DNA of 64,000 nucleotides from Candidatus Sericytochromatia bacterium. Its GTDB lineage: Bacteria > Cyanobacteriota > Sericytochromatia > S15B-MN24 > JAQBPE01. The DNA lies in NCBI GenBank assembly GCA_035285125.1, contig JAYKHR010000045.1, positions 32,001-96,000 on the forward strand, given 5' to 3'. Positions 56,433 through 64,000 of this stretch are shown here, piece after piece; the first letter of the stretch is position 1; every line of letters starts with the position of its first letter. A program made the translations under genes and the position numbers. The notes below the pieces were generated by a model. It did not search any database. It saw only the letters and a list, made by a program, of their open reading frames with translations, and was not told where the DNA came from.

Positions 56433-56963
56433 ATGACCACCACGCCGATGCTCGACCTGGACGCCTACGTCCGCGACATCCCCGACTTCCCCAAGCCGGG
56501 CATCGTGTTCAAGGACATCTCGCCGCTGCTGCGGGACGCCGCGGCCTTCAGTGCGGCCATCGACAGGCTGGTGGCACACCACCGGACGCTGGCGGTCGAC
56601 TACGTGGTGGGCATCGAGTCCCGGGGCTTCCTCGTCGGCGCCCCGCTGGCGAACCACCTCGGCAAGGGCTTCATCCCCGTGCGCAAGCCGGGCAAGCTGC
56701 CTGCCCGCACCGAGGCCATCGCGTACGCGCTGGAGTACGGCTCCGGCACGCTGGAGATCCACGCCGACGCGCTGGCGGCCGGCCATCGGGTGCTGATCGT
56801 GGACGACCTGCTCGCCACCGGCGGGACGGTGGCGGCCACGCGGGCGCTGGTCGAGCGCCTCGGGGGCCACGTCGTGGGGGTCAGCTTCCTGATCGAGCTG
56901 GCCTTCCTCGGCGGACGCGAGCGGCTGCCAGGGCTGGACGTGCACGCCCTGCTGACCTACTAG
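56433..56963 (+). CDS. apt: Adenine phosphoribosyltransferase
   Basis: [43 protein letters not shown]. Confidence 0.97.
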   Translation: MTTTPMLDLDAYVRDIPDFPKPGIVFKDISPLLRDAAAFSAAIDRLVAHHRTLAVDYVVGIESRGFLVGAPLANHLGKGFIPVRKPGKLPARTEAIAYALEYGSGTLEIHADALAAGHRVLIVDDLLATGGTVAATRALVERLGGHVVGVSFLIELAFLGGRERLPGLDVHALLTY

Positions 56964-57194
56964 AAGCCGCACCTGCACGGCCGGGCGGGGTTGCAGCGCC
57001 AGGACAGCTGGAACTCCCGCCCGTCACGCACGTCCGCTGCGGATTTCTGCTAGGATTAGGGGTGAGGAAGGCGTGGCCGGCCTCACCTTCCGGCTCCTCG
57101 GAGCCCCCGCCGGGTCCCGCCCCCCGCCAGGCGGCGACCCACCCCCGACGAAGTGGGTCCAGGCGAGTGGACGAGCGCGGCGCGCACGTGGCAC

Positions 57195-59384
57195 ATGGCC
57201 AGCGAGACCTCCGTCGACAAATCAGGGCTCTTCAAGACCGTCTCCGGCTACATGAAGCCGGAGGACGTGGCCCTCGTCGAGCGCGCCTGCGCCTGCGCCG
57301 AGGGGCTGCACGACGGGCAGACGCGGAAGTCAGGCGAGCCCTACATCATGCACCCCGTGGAGGTCGCCAAGATCCTCGCGGGGCTTGAGGCCGATGGCGC
57401 GACCGTCGCCGCCGCGTTGCTCCATGACGTGCTCGAGGACTGCCACATCGAGCCGGACGACCTCAAGAAGCAGTTCGGCTCCGAGGTCTGCCGCCTCGTC
57501 GAGGGCGTAACCAAGCTCGGCAAGATCTCGTTCTCCAGCAAGGAGGAGCGCCAGGCCGAGAACTTCCGTCGGATGTTCCTCGCGATGGGCAAGGACATCC
57601 GCGTGATCCTCCTGAAGCTCGCGGATCGCCTTCACAACATGCGCACGCTGGCGCATATGAAGCCGGATAAGCAGCAGGAAATCGCCCGCGAGACGCTCGA
57701 AATCTTCGCCCCGCTGGCCCACCGCCTCGGCCTCGGCCGCATCAAGGCCGAGCTGGAGGACTGGTCGCTGCGATACCTGCATCCAGATGCATATTACCGC
57801 CTCTCTCAGCTGGTGGCGGCCAAGCGAGAGGAGCGCGAGGCGATCATCGCGCGCATCGTCGGAGACCTGCAGGGCGAACTCGGCAAGCTGGGTGTCACGT
57901 GCAAGCTGTCCGGGCGCCCCAAGCACTTTTACTCGATCTGGCAGAAGATGACGAGCCAGAACAAGGAGTTCACGGACCTCTACGACATCACGGCGGTGCG
58001 GGTGCTGGTGGACTCCCTCAAGGAGTGCTACGAGACGCTCGGCGTGGTCCACTCGCTCTGGAAGCCAATCCCGGGGCGGTTCAAGGACTACATCGCCATG
58101 CCGAAGTCCAACCTCTACCAGTCGCTCCACACGGCCGTGATCGGGCCGAAGGGCAGCCCCGTCGAGATCCAGATTCGCACCTTCGAGATGCACCGCGTGG
58201 CGGAGTACGGCATCGCGGCGCACTGGCGCTACAAGGAGGGCGGCAAGGAGCTGTCCGACCTGGACACCAAGCTGACGTGGCTCCGGCAGATGCTCGACTG
58301 GCAGAACGACCTCAAGGACGCCAACGAGTACCTCACGACGGTGAAGGAGGACCTGTTCGCGGACGAGGTCTTCGTGTTCAGCCCCCGCGGCGACGTCATC
58401 GACCTGCCGCGCGACGCCACCCCCCTCGACTTCGCCTACCGCATCCACACCGACGTCGGCCACCGCTGCGTGGGGGCCAAGGTCAACGGCCGCATCGTGC
58501 CGCTCGACACCCACCTCGCCAACGGCGACATCGTGGAGGTCATCACGAGCAAGAAGCCCTCGCCCAGCCGGGACTGGCTCAAGATTGTCGCCACAACATC
58601 TGCGAAAAACCGCATCCGTCAGTGGTACAAGAAGGAGCACCGCGACGAGAACATCGCGCTGGGCCGGGAGGCGCTCGAGCGCGAGGTGGGGCGCAACGGG
58701 CTGGAGCAGCTGCTCCGGAGCGACAGGGCGCTGGAGACGGCCCAGAAGTTCAACTGCCCAACGGTCGACGACCTGCTCGCGGCGATCGGCTATGGCGAGC
58801 TCGGCGTGATGCAGGTGCTCAATCGGCTGCGCCCGGAGCCGACCGCTCCGGCGCTGCCGCCCGAGGCGCCTCGCGAGGTCCTCCGGGACCGGAACGGCGC
58901 GCGCGGCAAGAACGCCATCCTGATCGACGGCAGCGACTCGATGCTCGTGAACATGGCGCGGTGCTGCATGCCGCTGCCGGGAGAGGCTGTGCGCGGGGCC
59001 GTGACGCGCGGTCGTGGAATCACGGTGCACGCGGCGGACTGCATGAACCTGGCGCAGGTGGATCCCGACCGCACCGTGGCCGTCGAGTGGGCGCAGGCCG
59101 CCTCGGGGGCGACGTACCCCGTCGAGATCGAGATCGAACTCATCGACCGCGTGGGGCTGCTCAAGGACGTCTCGGCCAAGATCGCGGACGCGAAGACCAA
59201 CATCCGGGCGGCGCGCATCCGCACGCTGAAGAACAAGGCTGCGCTGATCTCGCTCGTCGTCGACATCTCCGACACGGCGCACCTGCAGCGGGTGCTCTCG
59301 ACCGTCGGCAAGATGAGCGACGTGATCCGCGCCAACCGCGTGACCAAGCTGCGGCAGGGGCCGAGCCCCGGGGCCTCGCGATGA
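57195..59384 (+). CDS. relA: Bifunctional (p)ppGpp synthetase/hydrolase
   Basis: RKSGEPY..HP, LHDVLED (intact HD), KDYIAMPK.N.YQSLHT, AAHW.YKE, TGS domain, CC..LPG, ACT domain. Confidence 0.97.
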   Translation: MASETSVDKSGLFKTVSGYMKPEDVALVERACACAEGLHDGQTRKSGEPYIMHPVEVAKILAGLEADGATVAAALLHDVLEDCHIEPDDLKKQFGSEVCRLVEGVTKLGKISFSSKEERQAENFRRMFLAMGKDIRVILLKLADRLHNMRTLAHMKPDKQQEIARETLEIFAPLAHRLGLGRIKAELEDWSLRYLHPDAYYRLSQLVAAKREEREAIIARIVGDLQGELGKLGVTCKLSGRPKHFYSIWQKMTSQNKEFTDLYDITAVRVLVDSLKECYETLGVVHSLWKPIPGRFKDYIAMPKSNLYQSLHTAVIGPKGSPVEIQIRTFEMHRVAEYGIAAHWRYKEGGKELSDLDTKLTWLRQMLDWQNDLKDANEYLTTVKEDLFADEVFVFSPRGDVIDLPRDATPLDFAYRIHTDVGHRCVGAKVNGRIVPLDTHLANGDIVEVITSKKPSPSRDWLKIVATTSAKNRIRQWYKKEHRDENIALGREALEREVGRNGLEQLLRSDRALETAQKFNCPTVDDLLAAIGYGELGVMQVLNRLRPEPTAPALPPEAPREVLRDRNGARGKNAILIDGSDSMLVNMARCCMPLPGEAVRGAVTRGRGITVHAADCMNLAQVDPDRTVAVEWAQAASGATYPVEIEIELIDRVGLLKDVSAKIADAKTNIRAARIRTLKNKAALISLVVDISDTAHLQRVLSTVGKMSDVIRANRVTKLRQGPSPGASR

Positions 59385-59980
59385 GCGCGCCCACGACGAT
59401 CCACCTGACCTCGACGAACGCCCACAAGCTGCAGGAACTCTCCACGATCTTCGCAGCGGAAGACGGCGCCTTCGTCTTCGCGCCGCCGCCCCGGCCGCTC
59501 GAGGTCGAGGAGACGGGGGAGACCTTCGCCGCCAACGCGCTGCTGAAGGCCCAGGCGGCCGCGGCGGCCTTCGGCACGCCGTGCCTGGCGGACGATTCGG
59601 GGCTGGCCGTCGAGGCGCTCGGCGGCCGCCCCGGCGTGTACTCCGCGCGCTACGCGGCCACGGACGCGGCCCGCATCGAGAAGCTGCTCGGGGAGCTCGC
59701 GGGCGTGCCCGCAGCCCGCCGCGGGGCTGCCTTCGTATGTGCCATGGCGCTCGCCTGGCCGGATGGGCGGACGCTGGTCGTGGAGGGTCGCTGCGAGGGC
59801 CGGATCACCGAGGCCCCGGCCGGCAGTGGGGGCTTCGGCTACGACCCGGTCTTCCTCGTGCCCGCGCACGGGCGGACCTTCGGCGAGCTGCCCGCCGAGG
59901 TCAAGCACACGATCAGCCACCGCGCGCAGGCGGCTGCCCGCCTGCGCGAGGCGCTGCGGGCGGCGGCCCGGACCCCTTAA
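59381..59980 (+). CDS. rdgB: Non-canonical purine NTP pyrophosphatase (RdgB/HAM1)
   Basis: STNAHK, EETGETF..NA..KA, ADDSGL, PGVYSARY, GFGYDPVF, ISHR. Confidence 0.96.
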   Translation: MSAPTTIHLTSTNAHKLQELSTIFAAEDGAFVFAPPPRPLEVEETGETFAANALLKAQAAAAAFGTPCLADDSGLAVEALGGRPGVYSARYAATDAARIEKLLGELAGVPAARRGAAFVCAMALAWPDGRTLVVEGRCEGRITEAPAGSGGFGYDPVFLVPAHGRTFGELPAEVKHTISHRAQAAARLREALRAAARTP

Positions 59981-60074
59981 CGGGAATAAATCAAAAAATT
60001 ATCCTGCGCATAACCAAGATCGCGCACCGTCGGGCGGACAACCATGGCATCCCCACGCCGAGAGGTACCGCCCG

Positions 60075-60620
60075 ATGCCGGAAGGCAACCCCTATAAAGT
60101 GCAGCCCGCCACGCGGGTGAACCCCGTGCTACGCCCGACGCAGCGCGCGGCCGCCCCTGCAGCCCAACAGCGCGAAGCCACCGGCGGCACGGGCCTCGGG
60201 CAGGACACCTACACCGCCCAGAACCCCTATGCCTACAACGGGCGCTACCCCGGCTACGGGTACCAGCAGCCCGGCTACGGCTACCCGACCTACCCTCAGC
60301 AGCCGACCTATCCCACCTACCCGACCTATCCGCCGCAGCCGACCTACCCGACCTACCCACAGCCCGGCTACGGCTACGGCTACCCGCAGCAGCCGACGTA
60401 CCCCACCTACCCCACCTATCCGCAGCAGCCTACCTATCCGCAGCCTGGCTACGGCTACGGCTATCCGCAGCAGCCGACGTACCCCACCTACCCGAGCTAC
60501 CCGCAGCCCGGTTACGGCTACCCTGGCTATCCCGGGTACGGCTACCCGCCCGGGGCCGAGCTCGGCTACGCCATCGGCAACCTCGTGGACAGCTTCCAGC
60601 AGCTGTTCGGCCGCAGGTGA
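60075..60620 (+). CDS. Tyr/Pro/Gly/Gln low-complexity repeat protein
   Basis: Repeated QQPTYPTYPTYP and QPGYGYGYP units; GAGG SD; phased TTAA/TTAT/ATAA at 59977, 59999, 60010. Confidence 0.85.
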   Translation: MPEGNPYKVQPATRVNPVLRPTQRAAAPAAQQREATGGTGLGQDTYTAQNPYAYNGRYPGYGYQQPGYGYPTYPQQPTYPTYPTYPPQPTYPTYPQPGYGYGYPQQPTYPTYPTYPQQPTYPQPGYGYGYPQQPTYPTYPSYPQPGYGYPGYPGYGYPPGAELGYAIGNLVDSFQQLFGRR

Positions 60621-60724
60621 ACGCGGGACCAGTTCATACGTATTTATACTCGCGTTAACCTTTATTTTATGATACGCTGAAGGCGTGGCCTCGTTCTCAG
60701 GACAGGCCGCGCCTGAGGTGTCTC

Positions 60725-61402
60725 ATGCCCGCCCCGTCGGCGCGTCTTTTCCCATTGTCCATCGGCCTGTGCCTGCTGGTCGCAGGCTGTGGCCCCAACC
60801 GCCCGGGCGTCGTGCCGTCCGCCGCGCCGCGCGCGGGGGTGCTGGCGACGCGGGCGAGCGGGCCCGGGGCGATCACCGGGTCCCTCACGGCCTGCGCGGT
60901 TCTCGCCACCGCCCACGTGCTCGCCCGTCGCGCCGAGCCTCACGCGGCCTTCACCGCGCTGGTGGGCACCCGGATCGGCGTGGACGGGCTGCCGGCGGCC
61001 CAGGGCGAGTGGCAGGTCCACTACGTGGGCACGGAGCCGGCAGCCCAGGCCCTCGGCCGGAAGCCGGGCGTCCCGGGCCTGCCGACGTACCGCCATGTCG
61101 CCGTCACCGCGACGGCAGGGGGCGACGTGCGCGTCGAAGTTACGGAGCAGCCGGGCATGCCCCTCGGGCAGGCCTTCTTCGACGCCCCGATGCCCCGCAT
61201 CGACAGCCAGGCGGCGATCGCCCATGCCCGCATGATGCGCCCCACGCAGCCGGCGGCCGGAGAGTTCCAGCTGACGCTTGGAGGGTCGATGAGCCCGGCC
61301 CATTTCCAGGAGCTGGTCTGGAAGGTGCAGGCGCCCATCCAGTCAGGGCTCGCCCGCCCCGTGGTCTTCAACGCCACCACCGGACTCCCCGTCGACCGCT
61401 GA
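60725..61402 (+). CDS. Hypothetical lipoprotein (PepSY-like C-terminus)
   Basis: Lipobox LVAGC; IDSQAAIA.A...W.V...VVFNATTG; phased TTAT/TTAA/TTTA at 60644, 60655, 60666. Confidence 0.7.
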   Translation: MPAPSARLFPLSIGLCLLVAGCGPNRPGVVPSAAPRAGVLATRASGPGAITGSLTACAVLATAHVLARRAEPHAAFTALVGTRIGVDGLPAAQGEWQVHYVGTEPAAQALGRKPGVPGLPTYRHVAVTATAGGDVRVEVTEQPGMPLGQAFFDAPMPRIDSQAAIAHARMMRPTQPAAGEFQLTLGGSMSPAHFQELVWKVQAPIQSGLARPVVFNATTGLPVDR

Positions 61403-61452
61403 CGGGCAACCGGGGGGCCGCGCCGAGAAGGGCGCCGCGCTGACCGAGCCCC

Positions 61453-62589
61453 TCAGCGGGACACGGGGCGGTCGAGCGTCCACGTCAGGTACCGCAAGAC
61501 GTCCGTCTGGCTGAGCAACCCGACGAGCCGGCCGCCCGCCTCGACGGGGAGCCGCCCCTCGGCCCCGTCCAGCAAGAGCGGCAACACCTCCCCGACCCCC
61601 ATCTGCGGCGTCACCACGGGCAGGTCCGCCCGCGCGACCATGGCCTGGCCGACCGTCACGTCTGCCCAGCGCCCCCGGGGCACGGCCCGCACGTGCTCAC
61701 GCCCGATGAGGCCCACCAAACGGCCCTCTGCCACCACGGGGTAGGTGTGGAAGGGGCGTGGCAGGAAGTGGTGCTCCACCGCCTCTTGCAGCGTGAGGTC
61801 GGGCGTCAGCGTCGCGGGGGCGCGGGCCATGAGCCCTGCCACCGGCACGTGGTCCAGCGCGCGGCTGACGACCAGCTGGACGTAGGCCCCCTGCGCCGCC
61901 TGCCCGATCAGCCAGCCGAGCGCCATCAGCCAGATCCCCCCCACCCAGCCGCCCGTCGCCAGTTCCACCAGCCCGACGGCGACGAGGGCCCAGCCGAAGC
62001 CCCGCCCCACGCGGGAGGCCCAGCGCGTGGCCCTCACCATGTCGCCGCTGAGCGCCCACAGGACGGCCCGCAGCACGCGCCCACCGTCCATCGGGAACCC
62101 CGGCATCAAGTTGAAGAACGCCACGCCCGAGTTCACCAGCGCCAGCCAGCCCAGCCCCGCAGCCAGGAGCGCGGGGCCGTCGAGCGCCCGCACGGCGACC
62201 GCGAGCCCGAAGCAGCCGGCCGCCAGGGCCAGGCTCGTGAGCGGGCCCACGATCGCCACCGCGAGCTCGATGCCCGGCGTGCGCATCTCCACCCGGGACT
62301 CCGACACGCCGCCGAAGAGGAACAGCCGAATGCGCGCCACCGGCATGCCGAAGTGCTCGCTCATGCGGGCATGGGCCAGCTCGTGTAGCACGAGGCCGAC
62401 GAAGAACAGGAGCGTCAGGGCCAGGCCCACCCCGAGGGCCGCCGGACGTGAGAGGCCAGGCTCCCACCCCGGCACGACCTGGGTGCCGAGGCTGAGGGCC
62501 ACGACGGCCACGATCAGCAGCCAGCTCGGGCTGATGGTGACGGGGATGCCCGCCACGCGCCCCAGGCGCCACCCGTCAGCTTCACCCAT
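61453..62589 (-). CDS. Site-2 (M50) membrane metalloprotease with CBS pair
   Basis: HELAH, LFLFGGVS, FNLMPGFPMDGGR, two CBS-like repeats. Confidence 0.93.
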   Translation of the reverse strand: MGEADGWRLGRVAGIPVTISPSWLLIVAVVALSLGTQVVPGWEPGLSRPAALGVGLALTLLFFVGLVLHELAHARMSEHFGMPVARIRLFLFGGVSESRVEMRTPGIELAVAIVGPLTSLALAAGCFGLAVAVRALDGPALLAAGLGWLALVNSGVAFFNLMPGFPMDGGRVLRAVLWALSGDMVRATRWASRVGRGFGWALVAVGLVELATGGWVGGIWLMALGWLIGQAAQGAYVQLVVSRALDHVPVAGLMARAPATLTPDLTLQEAVEHHFLPRPFHTYPVVAEGRLVGLIGREHVRAVPRGRWADVTVGQAMVARADLPVVTPQMGVGEVLPLLLDGAEGRLPVEAGGRLVGLLSQTDVLRYLTWTLDRPVSR

Positions 62590-62667
62590 CCGTCCGCCCT
62601 CCCCCAGCGCATGGTGGCGGGAGGACCGGCCTCAGGCAACGCCCGGCAGGGCGTCAGGTGAACGCCA

Positions 62668-63225
62668 TCAGATGGGGCGGAGGTCCAGCGTGACGTCGGG
62701 GGCGTGGGTGGGCTCGTGGCTGCGGGCTGGCGCTCCGAGCCAGCGGGAGACCAGCCCGCGCAGGCCCACGGCCGCAGACCGCGAGGGGGACAGCGCCGCC
62801 AGCTGGGATTGCAGGGCCGCGCGCTCGGTGCGGAGGCTCGACACCTCCTGCTCCAGCCGGGCCAGCCGACGGGCGGCCTCGGCGTGCTCATGCTGCAGCG
62901 CGTTCCACAGCGGCCGCACCACGGACATGACCTCCGTCACGCGCTCGTTGGAGAGCTCGACGCGCGGTGCCTGGTCGAGCCGCTGCGGGTGCTGGGGCAC
63001 CAGCGGCTCGATGAAGCGCCGGATGGAGGCATACGAGGCCTCCTCGTCGCGCATCGTCTTGACGGCCTCCAGGATGCCGAGGACGTCGGCGGGAAAGTAC
63101 CGCGTGCCGTCCGCCTCGACCCACGAGGGCACCGGCAGACGCACGGCCCAGTTCTTGACCTGGGACGGCTTGACCCCCAGGCACTGGGCCACCTGATCAC
63201 AAGACAGGATCGTGTTGTCGGACAT
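62668..63225 (-). CDS. MerR-like HTH protein with C-terminal coiled coil
   Basis: QVAQCLGVKPSQVKNW...GTRYF; heptad region ARRLARLEQEVSSLRTERAALQSQL; GAGGAG SD. Confidence 0.75.
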   Translation of the reverse strand: MSDNTILSCDQVAQCLGVKPSQVKNWAVRLPVPSWVEADGTRYFPADVLGILEAVKTMRDEEASYASIRRFIEPLVPQHPQRLDQAPRVELSNERVTEVMSVVRPLWNALQHEHAEAARRLARLEQEVSSLRTERAALQSQLAALSPSRSAAVGLRGLVSRWLGAPARSHEPTHAPDVTLDLRPI

Positions 63226-63344
63226 CGGCTCCTCCCGGGCGGCTGCGGGCCCTGCGGCTTGCAACCTCCAACATAACATACCGCAGCCCGTCACATTTGT
63301 GTCGGATGCACCATCGCACCCGGCAGGCGGTCGCTCCTCTGCCC

Positions 63345-64000
63345 CTAGAGGCCGGGGTCCTCGGGGGGCACGTACAGCTGGAGCGTGAAGTCCTGCCCTG
63401 TCAGGAAGGCCTGTCCGACGCGCGCCCCGACGTTGAAGGTGGGCGTCCAGATGGCTTCGTCGCCCGGTGGCCGCCGGGTGGCCTCCAGGCGGCCGCGCAG
63501 CTGAGCCGCCCACCACGCGAAGCGGGCCGCCGAGGACGTGCCGCGCCCGGGGGGCATGTAGGTGCCGACGAAGGCGTCCACCAGGGCAAAGCCAGGCCGC
63601 GTGCGCTGCCACCAGTCGAGGCCGTCGCCGGGGAATCGCTCTAAAAAGGCCTCCAGGGACCCTCCCGGCAGCTGGTCGGCCCGGGGCAGCCGCCGCCGGA
63701 CCTCGGGATCGACGGAGACAAAGGCGAGGTCCGTCGTCAGCAGCAGCTTGCTGCCGCCGTCCGGCATCGGGGCGAGCAACACGCGGGCGAGCCCATCCGG
63801 CGTTCGGTGTCCCCAGACCCCCGCCTGCCCGCGCCTGAGCTTGACCTGCAGCCGCATCGAGACCTGCGGGGCCTGCCTGTCGACCCGACGGGCCACCTCC
63901 GCATTCGAGCGGGTGACGGCACGCTGGCCGGCCGCCTTGGGAGCCGGAGAGGCCTTGCCCGTGGACAGCCAAGCCCCCGCGATCCACGACGCCGCGCGTG
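63345..64000 (-). CDS. Hypothetical protein, 5' end outside the window
   Basis: Frame of ORF 63345-63896 stays open to the window edge. Confidence 0.55.
   Translation of the reverse strand, partial: RAASWIAGAWLSTGKASPAPKAAGQRAVTRSNAEVARRVDRQAPQVSMRLQVKLRRGQAGVWGHRTPDGLARVLLAPMPDGGSKLLLTTDLAFVSVDPEVRRRLPRADQLPGGSLEAFLERFPGDGLDWWQRTRPGFALVDAFVGTYMPPGRGTSSAARFAWWAAQLRGRLEATRRPPGDEAIWTPTFNVGARVGQAFLTGQDFTLQLYVPPEDPGL

Noticed and set aside
60240..60550. Tandem repeats considered as CRISPR/VNTR element
   Set aside because: Degenerate at third codon positions, so conserved at protein level within a CDS

Overview
Very GC-rich (roughly 70-75% by eye), gene-dense bacterial chromosomal segment. I found no integrase, transposase, phage gene, rRNA or CRISPR array. 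Several proteins look cyanobacterium-like (a DgdA-like GT4, the ORF at 477), but there are no photosynthesis genes in the window. My inference, unverified, is a non-photosynthetic relative of Cyanobacteria such as Sericytochromatia. Housekeeping content: infA, an MntR/DtxR-regulated Mn/Zn ABC operon, bcp, ugd, rodZ, rluB, trpS, panB, a cyclophilin, hutI, PBP1A, puuD, an ars cluster, tRNA-Leu(CAA) and recJ-apt-rel-rdgB. Two candidate undescribed systems stand out. (1) An 11-bp-phased TTAA-N7-TTAA motif (the CtrA-box / cyanobacterial Pho-box geometry) recurs in AT-rich patches upstream of a coherent set of lineage-specific genes: two lipoprotein subtilases, two Tyr/Pro-repeat proteins, Gly/Ala-rich hydrophobic proteins and an XRE regulator. 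An orphan OmpR-family regulator sits among them. (2) A divergent pair of Cys-free ArsR paralogues sits at the head of an operon encoding an atypical beta-carbonic anhydrase, an isocitrate dehydrogenase and a DUF6671-like protein that appears to be an ITPase/Maf fold plus zinc ribbons. All family assignments come from motif recognition, not database searches.
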